A DNA stretch of 64,000 nt, taken from assembly GCA_963708135.1 (NCBI GenBank), contig OY970192.1:3552001-3616000 (forward strand), in the 5' to 3' direction. The notes under the pieces are model-generated. The model was not told where the DNA came from. It did no database searches and was given only the letters and a program-made list of their open reading frames with translations. Shown one piece after another: positions 31,955 to 42,486 of this stretch (position 1 is its first letter; each line of letters starts with the position of its first letter). Both the position numbers and the translations under genes were made by a program. This DNA comes from an uncultured Gemmatimonadales bacterium (GTDB lineage Bacteria > Gemmatimonadota > Gemmatimonadetes > Longimicrobiales > RSA9).

Positions 31955-32788
31955 CTACAGGTCGCGGCGCTGGAAGTGCACCACGGCGGCGCCGAGCAGG
32001 ATGCAGCCGAACACACCCGCGTACGCCACGGCGACGCCGCTCGGGATCGATACGTTGGCGAAGGGGGAGAAGCGGAGCGAGCCGGCGAGGGGTGTCTGCA
32101 TCAGGTAGGCGGCGCGGCGCCAGAGCGACTCGGTGGGCATGACGAGGCTCGACCCGACGGCGAGCGCGACGATCTGGGCGCTGTGGGAGAAGCCGCTGAC
32201 CTGCTCGAGCCACCCGCCCAGGAAGGCGACGCCCTGGAGCCCGAGGGCCAGCACGCCTGCGGTCAGCGTCGAGAACCAGGTGCCGAGCAGGAACGTGGTG
32301 GCGAGGGCGACGAGGCACTCGAAGACGACGAGGGCGTAGCCCGCGAGCGGGTGCACGGGCGTGACGCCCGTGACCGCGTACGCGACGCCGATCGTTGCGG
32401 CGAAGGTGATGGCGACGTAGGCGGCGGCCATGATCGCGAAGCCGAGATACTTGCCGGCGAGGATCTGCCAGCGGGCCATGGGCTTGGTGGCGATCGCCTG
32501 GATGGTGCCCGAGCGGATCTCGCCGGCCAGGGTGTCGATCGAGGTGAGGATGGTGAGCACGACGGCGAGCAGGTCGCAGGTGTAGAGGCCGATCATCAGC
32601 ATACCGGCCTCGACCTGATAGCGCACGAACGGTGACATGGGGCGGCCCTGGAACTCCTCCACCTGCAGGTGCAGCGCGAGGGCGAACACGCCGAGCAGCA
32701 GGGCCGCGGCGAGGAGGGCCGTCCACACGATGCGGCGGCGGGACGCCTCGCGGATCGTCACGCCGGCCATGAGCGAGATGGCGTTCAC
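31955..32788 (-). CDS. ABC-2 type transporter permease
   Basis: TIREASRRRI, GEIRSGTIQAIATKPMARWQILAGKYLG, terminal FQRRDL; GTG start overlaps the upstream stop. Confidence 0.88.
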   Translation of the reverse strand: MNAISLMAGVTIREASRRRIVWTALLAAALLLGVFALALHLQVEEFQGRPMSPFVRYQVEAGMLMIGLYTCDLLAVVLTILTSIDTLAGEIRSGTIQAIATKPMARWQILAGKYLGFAIMAAAYVAITFAATIGVAYAVTGVTPVHPLAGYALVVFECLVALATTFLLGTWFSTLTAGVLALGLQGVAFLGGWLEQVSGFSHSAQIVALAVGSSLVMPTESLWRRAAYLMQTPLAGSLRFSPFANVSIPSGVAVAYAGVFGCILLGAAVVHFQRRDL

Positions 32789-33702
32789 CGGCCGCCGTCC
32801 TCTCCGATGAGCGAGACGAAGACCTCCTCGAGCGAGACGCGCTCGCGGGTCAACTGGAACACATCGGCGCCGGCGTTCACGAGGTGGCGAACGACGTGAG
32901 GCAGCTCGTCCTCGGAGCGCACGCTGAAGCGGAGCGCATCCGCCTCCTGCTCGGTCTTCTCGGTCCACGCGGCGAGCCCGGCAACGGCCTCGGGCGAGAG
33001 GTTTCGCGCGTGGACGGCCACCCGCACGCTCTCCTGCCACTCGTCGGCGATGCCGCGCGTGGCCACGACCTCGCCCGCCTTGATGAAGGCGACGCGGTCG
33101 CAGGTGACCTCGATCTCGCTGAGCAGGTGCGAGTTGAGGAACACGGTCGCGCCGCGCTCGCGCTCGGCGCGCAGCACGTCGCGTACGAGGCGGCGCCCCA
33201 TCGGGTCCAGGCCGGAGGTCGGCTCGTCGAGGAAGAGCAGCCGCGGCTCGTGCACGATCGCTTGGGCCAGCCCGACGCGCTGGAGCATGCCCTTGCTGAA
33301 CGTTCGGAGCTGGCGGTCACTGTGGGCCAGCAGCCCGACGCGCTCGAGGACCCGGGGCACCCGCGCGTGCAGCGTGGCGGCGGACAGCCCGGCGAGGCGA
33401 CCGTGGAGGCGGACGAGCTCCGTCGCCGTGAGCCACTCGTAGAAGCGGAAGTCCTCGGGCAGGAACCCGATCTCCCGCCGCACGGCGACGTTGCCCAGCG
33501 GCGCGCCGAGCACGCGGCCGTCGCCGGCAGTCGGCCGAATGAGGCCGAGCAGCATCTTGAGCGAGGTGCTCTTGCCGGCGCCATTGGCGCCGAGGAAGCC
33601 GAAGATCTCGCCTTCCCGGACCTCGAGCGAGAGGTGGCGCACGGCCACGTGCGCGCCGAAGCGCTTGCCCAGCCCGTGCGTCTCGATCGCGTGTCCCGTC
33701 AC
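32785..33702 (-). CDS. ABC transporter ATP-binding protein
   Basis: GANGAGKST, FSKGMLQRVGLAQA, LDEPTSGLDP, NSHLLSE. Confidence 0.93.
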   Translation of the reverse strand: MTGHAIETHGLGKRFGAHVAVRHLSLEVREGEIFGFLGANGAGKSTSLKMLLGLIRPTAGDGRVLGAPLGNVAVRREIGFLPEDFRFYEWLTATELVRLHGRLAGLSAATLHARVPRVLERVGLLAHSDRQLRTFSKGMLQRVGLAQAIVHEPRLLFLDEPTSGLDPMGRRLVRDVLRAERERGATVFLNSHLLSEIEVTCDRVAFIKAGEVVATRGIADEWQESVRVAVHARNLSPEAVAGLAAWTEKTEQEADALRFSVRSEDELPHVVRHLVNAGADVFQLTRERVSLEEVFVSLIGEDGGR

Positions 33703-33715
33703 ATCGCCTCCACGC

Positions 33716-34654
33716 TCAGCGGATGGACTGCGCCAGCGGTACCGCGTCGCTCGCGCTGCCGTAGCCGGCCAGGGTGTAGACCCGCCCGTCATTCTGCCAG
33801 ATGAGCTCCCACGCCGGGCCGCGCCGGCCGCCCGTGTCGAGCAGCATCGCCGGCCGCGCGCCCACCTTCACGGCCTCGTAGGAGCGGATGAAACGGGGCA
33901 TGCGGAGAGCGAGCGCGCCGCGCCAGTCGAGCGTCTTCTGGAACGCGGTGGCCTCGACCGGGCTCAACCCTGCGATCTCGAGGGCGATCCCGGTGAGGCC
34001 GGGCATGTCGAGTCCGGCCGGCGGCGTGCCGGTGACCGGGCGGCGCTCGACGAGGACCACGCAGTCGCCGCTCTCGGAGGTTGGCGCCCCGTAGGCCACG
34101 AGATGGTCGCGCAGCGTCTCTCCTGCGGCGACCGGGCAGTGGCCGTAGCGCGCGCGGATGGCGGCGGGCGTGCGCAGCTCGAGGCTGGCCCCATCGATGC
34201 CGGCGGGCACGGCCATGTCGCGCCAACCGGCCTCGACCAGGATGGTGCGGAGCCGGCCCGCGTCGACCGGGATCGTGACGGTTCGGGCGCCCTCGACCTC
34301 GAGCTGCGGCGGGTCGGAGCGGGCGGCGGGAAGCGCGGGGGTGAAGCCGGTGAGGCGGGTGGCGGCGGCGACGTCGCCTGCGGTGGTATCGGGCTCGGCC
34401 GAGTCGACGCGCACGGTGTCCGCGAGCATCGAGGCGACCGCGTCCTGGAGGCGGTGGGTGCCGGCCGGTCCGGAGAAGGCGGGGATGCTGACGCTCACCG
34501 CCGCCGGCCGCGCGATGCGGAGCGAGGCGAAGAAGCGGTGGCATACCCGCCCGCCCGCGGCCGTGATGCTCAGCCAGACGAGCGCCCCGAGCGGGGCGAT
34601 CCAGAGCCAGAACCGCCCCGTGCGGGCGGCGGAGTGCTGCGGCCCGGTGGTCAT
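33716..34654 (-). CDS. Single-pass membrane protein resembling the extracytoplasmic part of ABC-operon-associated anti-sigma factors
   Basis: N-terminal TM then FFASLRI; DWRGALALRMP; C-terminal LIWQNDGRVYTLAG; first gene of the ABC operon. Confidence 0.55.
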   Translation of the reverse strand: MTTGPQHSAARTGRFWLWIAPLGALVWLSITAAGGRVCHRFFASLRIARPAAVSVSIPAFSGPAGTHRLQDAVASMLADTVRVDSAEPDTTAGDVAAATRLTGFTPALPAARSDPPQLEVEGARTVTIPVDAGRLRTILVEAGWRDMAVPAGIDGASLELRTPAAIRARYGHCPVAAGETLRDHLVAYGAPTSESGDCVVLVERRPVTGTPPAGLDMPGLTGIALEIAGLSPVEATAFQKTLDWRGALALRMPRFIRSYEAVKVGARPAMLLDTGGRRGPAWELIWQNDGRVYTLAGYGSASDAVPLAQSIR

Positions 34655-35496
34655 GGCAAACCTCGGGAACAGTGCGCCGACGGCGATGTCGCTTTTGAAA
34701 CGAGCGCGCGAGGGGCCTGAATTGTGACAGGTGTGCCCAAGGGGGCGGCCTCGACGCGTCCCGTCAGGCGTTCTGCGCCGTCAGGCGGACTGCGCCGGTG
34801 GTGTGGCTCATGGTCCCCTTGCTGGAGCCAGGCCGGCAGCGCAGCGATGTCGGGCAGCAGCACCGTGTGCGGCTCCAGGTCGAGGCGCGCGTGGTCGTGC
34901 GCGCCGGAGAGGACGCCGACGAGGCAGCCGGCGCCCGCCGCGTGGCCGGCCTGGAGATCCGCCGTCGTGTCGCCGACGACGGCGACGCGTGCCGGATCGG
35001 CGCAGCCGACGAGCTCCATGGCGCGGAGCACGAGGTCCGGGTGCGGTCGTCCGCGGGCCACATCGTCCGCGCACACAGAGCCGCTCAGCGGTCCCGGATC
35101 GCAGCCGACACGCGCGAGCAGCCAGGCGATGAGCGCCCGGTCGAAGCCGGTCGTCAAGACCACCGGGAGGTTCTTCGAGCGCAGCCAGAGAAGCGCTTCG
35201 CCCGCGCCCGGCAGTGGCCGCACCGCCGAGAGCTCGTCCTCGAGCTCACGCCTGAAGCGCTCGAAAATGCGGGCGCTCAGATCCTCCGGGTCCGCGGCCG
35301 CTGGCGCGGCGTGCCGCACCAGCGCCGCGACAGCCTCACGCTTGGACCGCCCGTGCACGGCGGCGATCTCCTCGCGCGAGACGCTTAGCCCGTGTTCGCC
35401 GAACGCGCGCTCCAGCGCCGCGGGCACGGCGCCGCCGACGTCCAGCGTGGTGCCGGCCGCGTCGACGACGACCAGATCGAGTCGCTCCTTCAGCAT
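34651..35496 (-). CDS. HAD-superfamily phosphonatase-like hydrolase with an apparent read-through tail
   Basis: VVVDAAGTT (motif I), LTTGF, GRPHPDLV, VVGDTTADL. Confidence 0.8.
   Translation of the reverse strand: MLKERLDLVVVDAAGTTLDVGGAVPAALERAFGEHGLSVSREEIAAVHGRSKREAVAALVRHAAPAAADPEDLSARIFERFRRELEDELSAVRPLPGAGEALLWLRSKNLPVVLTTGFDRALIAWLLARVGCDPGPLSGSVCADDVARGRPHPDLVLRAMELVGCADPARVAVVGDTTADLQAGHAAGAGCLVGVLSGAHDHARLDLEPHTVLLPDIAALPAWLQQGDHEPHHRRSPPDGAERLTGRVEAAPLGTPVTIQAPRALVSKATSPSAHCSRGLP
34700..34728 (-). promoter_or_regulatory. Putative ECF sigma promoter, copy 5 (ABC operon)
   Basis: Minus strand GTCACAA-N15-CGCTCGT, about 45 nt upstream of ATG 34654. Confidence 0.55.
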
Positions 35497-35564
35497 GTGC
35501 AGGGGCCCCCGCGGGCGTCGGCCGCAGAGTCGCGCATGGCGGCCCTGCGGCACGGTCCCGCCGC

Positions 35565-36212
35565 TCAGTTCTTCTCGTGCTGCACGGCCAGCACCTTCCC
35601 GGTGTGGGCATCCACGTTGACCTCCTGGATGCCCGCCCGGCCGGGCACGACAAACTCGAAGGAGTAGATCAGACGACCGTTCTCGTTCTCCAGCTCGTGG
35701 TCCCTCACCCGCCCGTTCGGCACCCGCGCGGCCGCGATGGCGCGTGCCCGGGCCTCCGCGATCCGCGCGCCGCGGCGCAGTGCGGCCTGGCCGCCTTCGG
35801 GGGCCACGCCGCGCTCGGCGGCTTCGGCGTGCTCGCCGGTCTCGGCCTTCTCGCCGGGCACCGCACGCTCGCGCCGCTCACCGGATTCCGCCCGCCCCGC
35901 GGTCTCCTCCCGCGCCTCGCGCGTCTCCCCGGCGGCGCCCTCGTGCTGTACGCCCAGGAACTTGCCCGTATTCGCGTCCACGTGCGCCTCCTCGATTCCG
36001 CTCCTGCCCGGAACGACAATGTCGTAGGAGTAGATCAGATGGCCGCTTTCGCGCTCCAGCTCCTCGGAGCGGACATGGCCACCCGGCACGCGCGCCAGGG
36101 CAGTGGCGCGGGCCCGGGCCTCCGGCACCTTCGCTGCCTGCTGCGCGTGCAGGCCCGCCGCAGCCGCGGCGGCGGCAATCAGCGACAAGGACATCACCTT
36201 CATCGGATTCAT
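35565..36212 (-). CDS. Secreted tandem PepSY-domain protein
   Basis: GGAGGAGG RBS; signal peptide; two repeats ELERESGHLIYSYDI...VDANTGK and ELENENGRLIYSFEF...VDAHTGK. Confidence 0.88.
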   Translation of the reverse strand: MNPMKVMSLSLIAAAAAAAGLHAQQAAKVPEARARATALARVPGGHVRSEELERESGHLIYSYDIVVPGRSGIEEAHVDANTGKFLGVQHEGAAGETREAREETAGRAESGERRERAVPGEKAETGEHAEAAERGVAPEGGQAALRRGARIAEARARAIAAARVPNGRVRDHELENENGRLIYSFEFVVPGRAGIQEVNVDAHTGKVLAVQHEKN

Positions 36213-36309
36213 GATTCCTCCTCCATGGTTCCTGCCGGACCGACGGCGCTCCCGCCGGTCTCGCGTTAAACCTAGTCTCTGAATCCTCACAGCTCGTTAA
36301 CAGACAAGG

Positions 36310-37487
36310 TTAGCCGTGGGACGGGCTCTCCAGCGGGAGCGTGAAGGTGGCGACCGTGCCGCCCGCCGGCTCCCGCCTGAGCTCGACCGTGCCGCCGTGG
36401 GACTCCGCGATCCAGCGGGCGATCGGCAGGCCCAGCCCCGCGCCGGCGACCCGGCCCCGCGCTGGATCGGCCCGGTAGAACCGCTCGAACACGTGCGCCA
36501 GCGCCTCGTCCGAGATGCCGGGCCCGGTGTCCTCCACCGAGACCCGGCCGGTACCGTCGGCGTGCTCGCAGCGCAGCCGGATGACTCCGCCCTCCGGAGT
36601 GAACTTGATGGCGTTGTCGAGGAGGATCATCACGAGCCGGCGGAGCAGCTCGGGGTCACCGCGGACGGGGAGCTCGTCGAGCGCGTCGATGTCCAGCCGG
36701 ACGTGCCGCTCCTCCGCCAGGACGCGCGCGCCCGACGCGGCGTCCAGCAGCACGTCGTCGAGGAACAGCGACTCGCGGCGCTGCGGCCACGCGCCCGCGT
36801 CGGCCGTGGCCAGCGTGAGCACGTTGGAGAGGATGCCGCGCAGCCGCTCGGCCTCGGCCCCGATGGCCGTGAGGGAGTTGACGTACTCCTCCGGCGCCCG
36901 CGGGTGGCGCAGCGCGACATCCGTGTGCCCCTGTCGCGCGAGGATCCACCCGCCCAGGCCCGCCAGCAGAAGCGCGGCGGTGGCGGCCGCCGCGAAGGCA
37001 AGCAGCAGCCCCGGGTACCGGTGCTCGATTTCCAGGGCCTGGACGCCCGCAACGACGATGCGGCGCTCGCCGCCGGCCAGCCGGATCGGCTCGGCGTACA
37101 GCCGCTCGGTCGTGCCGTCCGGAAGATCACGCTCGACCAGCTGCGGGGTGCCGGACGCCACACTCGCTGCGACGCGGCGGATCCACTCCGCCGCCGTGTC
37201 GGGGTGGAGCAGGGTCCCGTCCGCGCCGAAGACGTAGAGGGCGCGGTCGGGGATGCGGAGCTGCCTGACCGCTTCCGGCACAGTGCCGCCCTCGCCCTCT
37301 TCGTTCTCGCGCACCGCCTGGGTCAGCGCGGCCGCCGCCTTGCGCAGGGAGCGCCCCAGCTGCCGCGAGGATTCTCGCGCGACGGCGCCCAGCAAGGCGG
37401 CGCCGAAGGCTACCAGCAGCACCGCGAAAAACGCCGATGTACCACGCGGTCAACCGAAGGCGCAGGCGCCGAAGCCCCTTCGATCAT
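36310..37487 (-). pseudogene. Sensor histidine kinase, degraded (two apparent 5' frameshifts; phospho-His box missing)
   Basis: HATPase motifs intact (LLDNAIKFT, DTGPGI, FERFYR, GLGL), but TM2 GGWILAR runs directly into GHTDVALRH with no HELRTP; the 5' end RRLRLRLTAWYIGVF is out of frame. Confidence 0.8.
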
Positions 37488-38035
37488 GCGCCGAACCTGT
37501 ACCCGGCGCCGCGGAGCGTGTGGATGAGCGGTGGCGAGCCGTCCGGGTCGATCTTGCGGCGCAGCCGCGCGATGAGCATCTCCAGCGCGTTGGAGAACGG
37601 GTCGTGGTTCTCGTCCCATACGTACTGCGGAGATCCACCTCCAGGTCCTCGAGCCGGAAGAGGTCCGGCGCCAGCTCCGGCGGGCGCCGCGCCAGAGCCC
37701 GGACACGCGCGAGCAGCTCGCGGAAGTCGAAGGGCTTCGTCAGGTAATCAGGCCCCACTCTCCAGCCCCTCCACCCGATCCGGCACGGCGTCCCGCGCCG
37801 TGAGCATCAGGATCGGCGTCCGGATCCCCTGCGCCCGGACGTAGCGGCACAGCTCGAAGCCGCTGCCGCCGGGGAGCAGGATATCCAGCACGACGACGTC
37901 GTAGTTCCCCATCACGGCGCGGCGCCGCCCCTGGCGGTACGCCGCGGCCGTCTCCGTCTCGATGCCCTCGTCGGCCAGCCCGCGCTCGAGAACGCGAAGC
38001 AGCTCCGGGTCGTCCTCGATGATCAGCACACGCAT
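37484..38035 (-). pseudogene. OmpR-family response regulator, frameshifted and internally deleted
   Basis: Receiver MRVLIIEDD...LDILLPG...MLTARD...GLESGA* ; continues in a second frame as DYLTKPF...LEVDL, then in a third as VWDENHDPFSNALEMLIARLRRKID...LRGAGYRF*. Confidence 0.85.
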
Positions 38036-38088
38036 GTTGGCCCTCGCGCCGCCCAGGCCGGCGCGCGCCGGCCCGGCGGCGCGCCGGA

Positions 38089-39126
38089 TCAGTGGCTCGG
38101 GTCGATCACCATGAGCTGGAACGTGCCCGGCACCATGTCCGGGCGCCGGCGCTGGCCGGCCGGAAGCGGCTTGAACTGCGCGCTGACCGTGTACAGCCGG
38201 TGCGTGCGCAGGTCGATGCCCATGGTGCGCGCGCCGCGCATCGTCTGGATGGTCTGCACGACATGGTACTTGTTCGGCGTGTCCTCGTGCACGACGGTGA
38301 TGGTGCCGTCGCCGTTCGAGGCGAAGGCGTTGCCTGTGGCCGGGTCGAAGCGGGCGGCGTCCACGCCGGCGCCGATCGGTGCGGTTGCGACGACCTTGCC
38401 GGCGTTGAGGTCCGACACCGCCATGAGCTTGCTGTGGCAGACGCTGAACGCGCGGTGGTGCTGCACGTCGATGGCGAGCCCGCTGGGGCTCTCGCACGGC
38501 GCGAGCGACCAGCGCCGCGTGACCTTCATGGCGTTGGCGTCGATCTCGACCAGCTCGCTCGTGGACTCGATGTTCGCGTAGAGCTTGCCGTTGCCGGCCG
38601 TGACGCCGAACTCCGGCTTGCCGCCGAGCGGGATGTTGGTGATCCGCTTCCCGGTGGTCGCGTCGATGGCCGAGGCCGAGTTGGCATCGCCGTTGAAGGT
38701 GAAGACGCGGCGGGAGGCCGGGTCGTACAGGATCGCATCGTCATCCACCGCGGCGGTCGTCGTTCCCAGTGGCTTCAGCGTCCCGAGATCGAACATCGTG
38801 ACCGTGCTGTCCCGGCCCGAGCTGACGAAGCCGTGACCGGTGCCATAGTCGAGCGCCACGCCGTGCGCGCGCTGGAGCCCCGGGATCTCGCCCAGCACCT
38901 TCCCCGAATTCTCGTCCATGACCACGGCGCGGTCGCCGCGCGTGACGAAGATCCGGTTGCGCGCGGTATCGACGGTGATGTAGTCCCACCCCCCGTCGCC
39001 TCCGACCGTGATGTGGCGGGCGACGTGGTACGGCGCTGCCTGAGCGGCAGCCAGCGCGGGCAGCAACGCCAGCGCCAGGGCGAGTGGAGCGGCGGTACGG
39101 AGCGAGCGCTTCAGGTGCATCGGCAT
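38089..39126 (-). CDS. YncE/YVTN family beta-propeller protein, secreted
   Basis: GGAGG RBS, signal peptide, GGDGGWDYITVD, LGGKPEF, LAPCESPSGLAID, GARTM. Confidence 0.88.
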   Translation of the reverse strand: MPMHLKRSLRTAAPLALALALLPALAAAQAAPYHVARHITVGGDGGWDYITVDTARNRIFVTRGDRAVVMDENSGKVLGEIPGLQRAHGVALDYGTGHGFVSSGRDSTVTMFDLGTLKPLGTTTAAVDDDAILYDPASRRVFTFNGDANSASAIDATTGKRITNIPLGGKPEFGVTAGNGKLYANIESTSELVEIDANAMKVTRRWSLAPCESPSGLAIDVQHHRAFSVCHSKLMAVSDLNAGKVVATAPIGAGVDAARFDPATGNAFASNGDGTITVVHEDTPNKYHVVQTIQTMRGARTMGIDLRTHRLYTVSAQFKPLPAGQRRRPDMVPGTFQLMVIDPSH

Positions 39127-39222
39127 TGACGACCTCCATGGATGGGATGGAACGCGCAACCGCCACAAAGCGGTGTTCGGGGCACGGTCGGGCCGGGCCG
39201 CGACGGTGTGGACACGGCGGTG

Positions 39223-39804
39223 TCAGCGCTCGCCGGCCGGCGGCGGCTCGTCGGGGTCTCCGCTGCCCGCTGGGCCAGAGCGGCGGAACAGGGCCGGGAA
39301 CAGCCGGGTGCTGACCACGAGCAGCGCGATCCACATGAGCCCGGCGAGCCAGCCGGCGAGCACGTCCGAGGGATAGTGCACATCAACGTACACCCGCGAA
39401 ACGCCGATCGCGATGGCGAGCAGCGCGGCGAGCGCGGCGAAGCCCCAGATGAGACGCCGCAGCCGCAGCGATGCCAGCCGCCCGGCGAGGAGCGCAATGG
39501 TTCCGTACGTCACGGCAGAATCGAGCGCGTGGCCGGAGGGGAACGAGGACGTGAACGCACTGGCGAGCCGGGGAATGATCGTGGGTCGCGGGCGATGGAA
39601 GGCGTGCTTCAGGATCATCCCGAGCGCTGCGAAGGCAAAGAGCGCCGCGGCGGCGACGGCGAACCCGGCCAGTGGAAAGAGTAGAAGCCCGCGATAGGGG
39701 CCGCCGCCGCCGCGCCGCGCGGCGCGCGCCAGGGCGGGCCCCACCCGGGTGCGGGCGGGGACGCCGTTCGGCCCATCGAGGCCTGGATCATTCATTCGCC
39801 TCAT
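39223..39804 (-). pseudogene. PAP2 (undecaprenyl-pyrophosphate phosphatase-like) protein with a probable in-frame internal deletion
   Basis: LKHAFHRPRP, SFPSGHA, SRVYVDVHYPSDV are present, but the first TM joins the K-x6-RP motif directly. Confidence 0.55.
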
Positions 39805-39822
39805 CCTGTTCTCGCGCGGCCG

Positions 39823-41202
39823 CTACCTAGCCAGCCGGCCGTGCGGATCGAGCAAGCGGTACAGCCCGGGCAGCACGAGCAGCACAATGGGTCCGGACAG
39901 CACGAATCCGCCGATCACGGCGATGGCGAGCGGCTGCATGAGCTGCGCGCCCTGGCCGCGCACCCACAGGCCCTCCTTCTGCTTCGGCCTGCGCTTCTTC
40001 CACGGCGGCGCGACGAACGCATGCAGCGACACGGGGACAGCGATGAGCGCGATGACAAAGGAGACCACCAGCGTGATGGCCATGGTCAGCGCGAGCGGCT
40101 TGAAGAAGGCGCCGACCACGCCGGAGAGCAGTGCGAACGGCAGGAGGATCACGGTGGTCGAGAGGCTGGAGCCGATCAGCGCGGGCCGGATCTCGCGGAC
40201 GCTGAGGTCGGCGGGGTGCCCCGACTGGTGGGCCGGCATCTCGGGGTGCTCCTTCCACTCCTGCTCGCGCCGCTCGACATCCTCGATCACGACGATGGCA
40301 TCGTCCGCGATGAGCCCCAGCGCCGCGGCTACGCCGGCCAGCGTCATGAGGTTGATGGTCTGGCCGAGCGCGCCGAGGAAGAGCGCTACGATGGCGACGG
40401 TGATCGGGATCGCAACCACCGCGATGAGCGTGAGCTTCCACTTGCGCAGGAAGACGAACAGCACGAGTGCGGCGAGGAGGACGCCGATGATGATGGCGTC
40501 GCGCGTGCCGCCGATCGTCATGCCGGCGCCGGAATCGGCGGGGAGCACTGTCTGGACGGTGCCGGGGATGGGCAGCGGCCGTCCGGTGAGCTCCACGCTC
40601 ACGCGCTCGCCGGCGTGGATGCGGGGGATATCCGACTGCGCGAGGTCGGCCATGAAGACGAGGGAGCCGGTGGCCGCGATGGTGACGATGCTGTCGCCCT
40701 GGGCGAGGTGCTCGCCGGGGCTCGCGGAGCGGTTGAGTACGACGCCGCCGGCCGGTGCCGTGAGCGGCGTCTCCACCAGGTTCTGCCGGGCGAGCGCGCG
40801 CGCGGCATCGCTGCGCTCGCTGGAGGTGCGCGCGGCGGCCTGCATCGAGAGCGCCCCCTGGAGCGCGGCGTAGCTGGTCTGCTCGACGATCGTCCCGAGT
40901 GTCTCGCCCGCCCGGACACGGTCTCCGGGCACGACGTGGAGCGTGGTCAGCACGCCGTTGAACGGTGCGCGGATCCGCTGCTCGCGCAGCACGTCGGTGG
41001 TGCCCGGGCCGCTGACCGTCACCGGCAGCGTGGCGATCTCGACGCGGGCCATCTGGACGGGCGTGGCGTTCGCGGCGCCGCTGGTGTCCGCGGCCGTGGT
41101 GTCGCGGACCGCACCGCCGCCCCCGGCTCCGCCCCCTCCTCCGCCGAAGCACGCGGGCAGCGCCGCCGCCAGCCAGAGCGCCGCCAGCGCGGCCCGCCTC
41201 AC
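39823..41202 (-). pseudogene. Chimeric ORF: RND membrane-fusion lipoprotein N-part fused in frame to two fragments of an AcrB/CusA-type permease
   Basis: Lipobox LPAC, IRAPFNGVL, LTAPAGGVV (MFP); then INLMTLAG...GLIADDAIVVIE...FFKPLALT (RND TM2-6); then GQGAQLMQPLAIAVIGG (last RND TM). Confidence 0.8.
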
Positions 41203-42486
41203 GGTGTCCCCCAGCGCACCCGCTGCGCCTCCGCCTGGCGGTAGTCCATGGCCGCCTGCGCGCGGGCGACCTCCGCGTCGATCCAGCCGCTGTAGGCGTC
41301 GAGCACCTCGAGCGCGGTGCCCGCGCCGCCGCGGTAGGTGGCCTCGGCCTCGAGGTAGGAGTCGCGCGCGATGGGGACGCTCTGCGCACGGAGCTGGTAG
41401 ACGCGGTAGAGGTCCTCCAGGTCCTCCACCGCGCGCGCCCAGTCGAGGCGAGCCTGGCGCCGGACCACGAGCAGCGAGTCCGCGGCCTGCCGCAGGGCCA
41501 GGCGGGCCTGCGCGAGCCGGGCGCGGTAGCCGCCGAAGTCGAAGAGGGGGAGTGAGAATCCGATCACCGCCTCGACGCCCCGCCCGGTGCCGGTGTTGAG
41601 CGGCGCCGGCTGCGGTCCGAAGGACGGCTCCCAGCCGAGGTTCGCCGAGGCCCAGAGCTGCGGCCGGCGCTCGGCGCGCGCCCGAAGAATGCCCTGGCGC
41701 GCGGCGGCGGTGTCCCACCCGGCGAGCAGCACGTCCGGCGTGCGCAGCCAGGGCTCGTCCACCGCAGGCTGCGGCGGCCCGGGCGTGGGCAGCGGCACGA
41801 CCTCCAGATCGGCGCGCGGGTCGCGGCCCATCAGCGCGTTGAGCTCGACCTCGGCTTCGTCGAAGAGGCGCTCGGCGTCGGCGATGTTGGCCTCCTCCGC
41901 GGCCACGCGCGTGCGCGTGCGCAGCACGTCCGCGGCGACGCCCTCTCCCGCTGCCTGCCTCGCTTCGAGCCATATGAGGTAGCTGCGCAAGCGGACGATG
42001 CCCTCGCTGCGGATGACCACTTCGCGCTCGTAGCGCAGCGCCTCCGCGAAGCGCAGCTTGACCTGCAGCGCGACGTCCTTCTGCGCGACCCGGTAGCCCC
42101 CCGAGGCCGAGCGGTACCGGTACGCGGCGATCCGGCGGCCGGCGCGGACGGCGCCGCCGGCGTAGAGCGTGTCGGCGGCCACGAGCTGGAGCCGGGCATC
42201 GCTGGAGGCGTACGTCGCCGGCGCGCCTCCGTGCAGATCGCCGTCCACATAGACGCCGGGGTACAGGCGGCTGCGCGCCGCGCGCATCCCCCTGCCGCGC
42301 AATGAGCACGCCGGTGGCGGCAACCGGGAGGCTCGCGTTGTGCGCCTCGGCGCGGGCGAGCGCGTCCGCCAGCGTGAGGCGCAGCGGCGTCCCGGCCTCC
42401 TGCTGCGCCCCGAGGCCGGCCGCCGCCGTGAGCAGCGCCAGCGCCGCGGCGGCCGTGCCGCGGCCCAGCCCGCGAACCGCCGCCAT
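41199..42486 (-). pseudogene. TolC family outer-membrane efflux protein, +1 frameshift in a G5 run near 42290
   Basis: Signal peptide and LTLADALARA in one frame; MRAARSRLYP...FSLPLFDFG...YRGGAGTALEVLDA in another. Confidence 0.8.
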
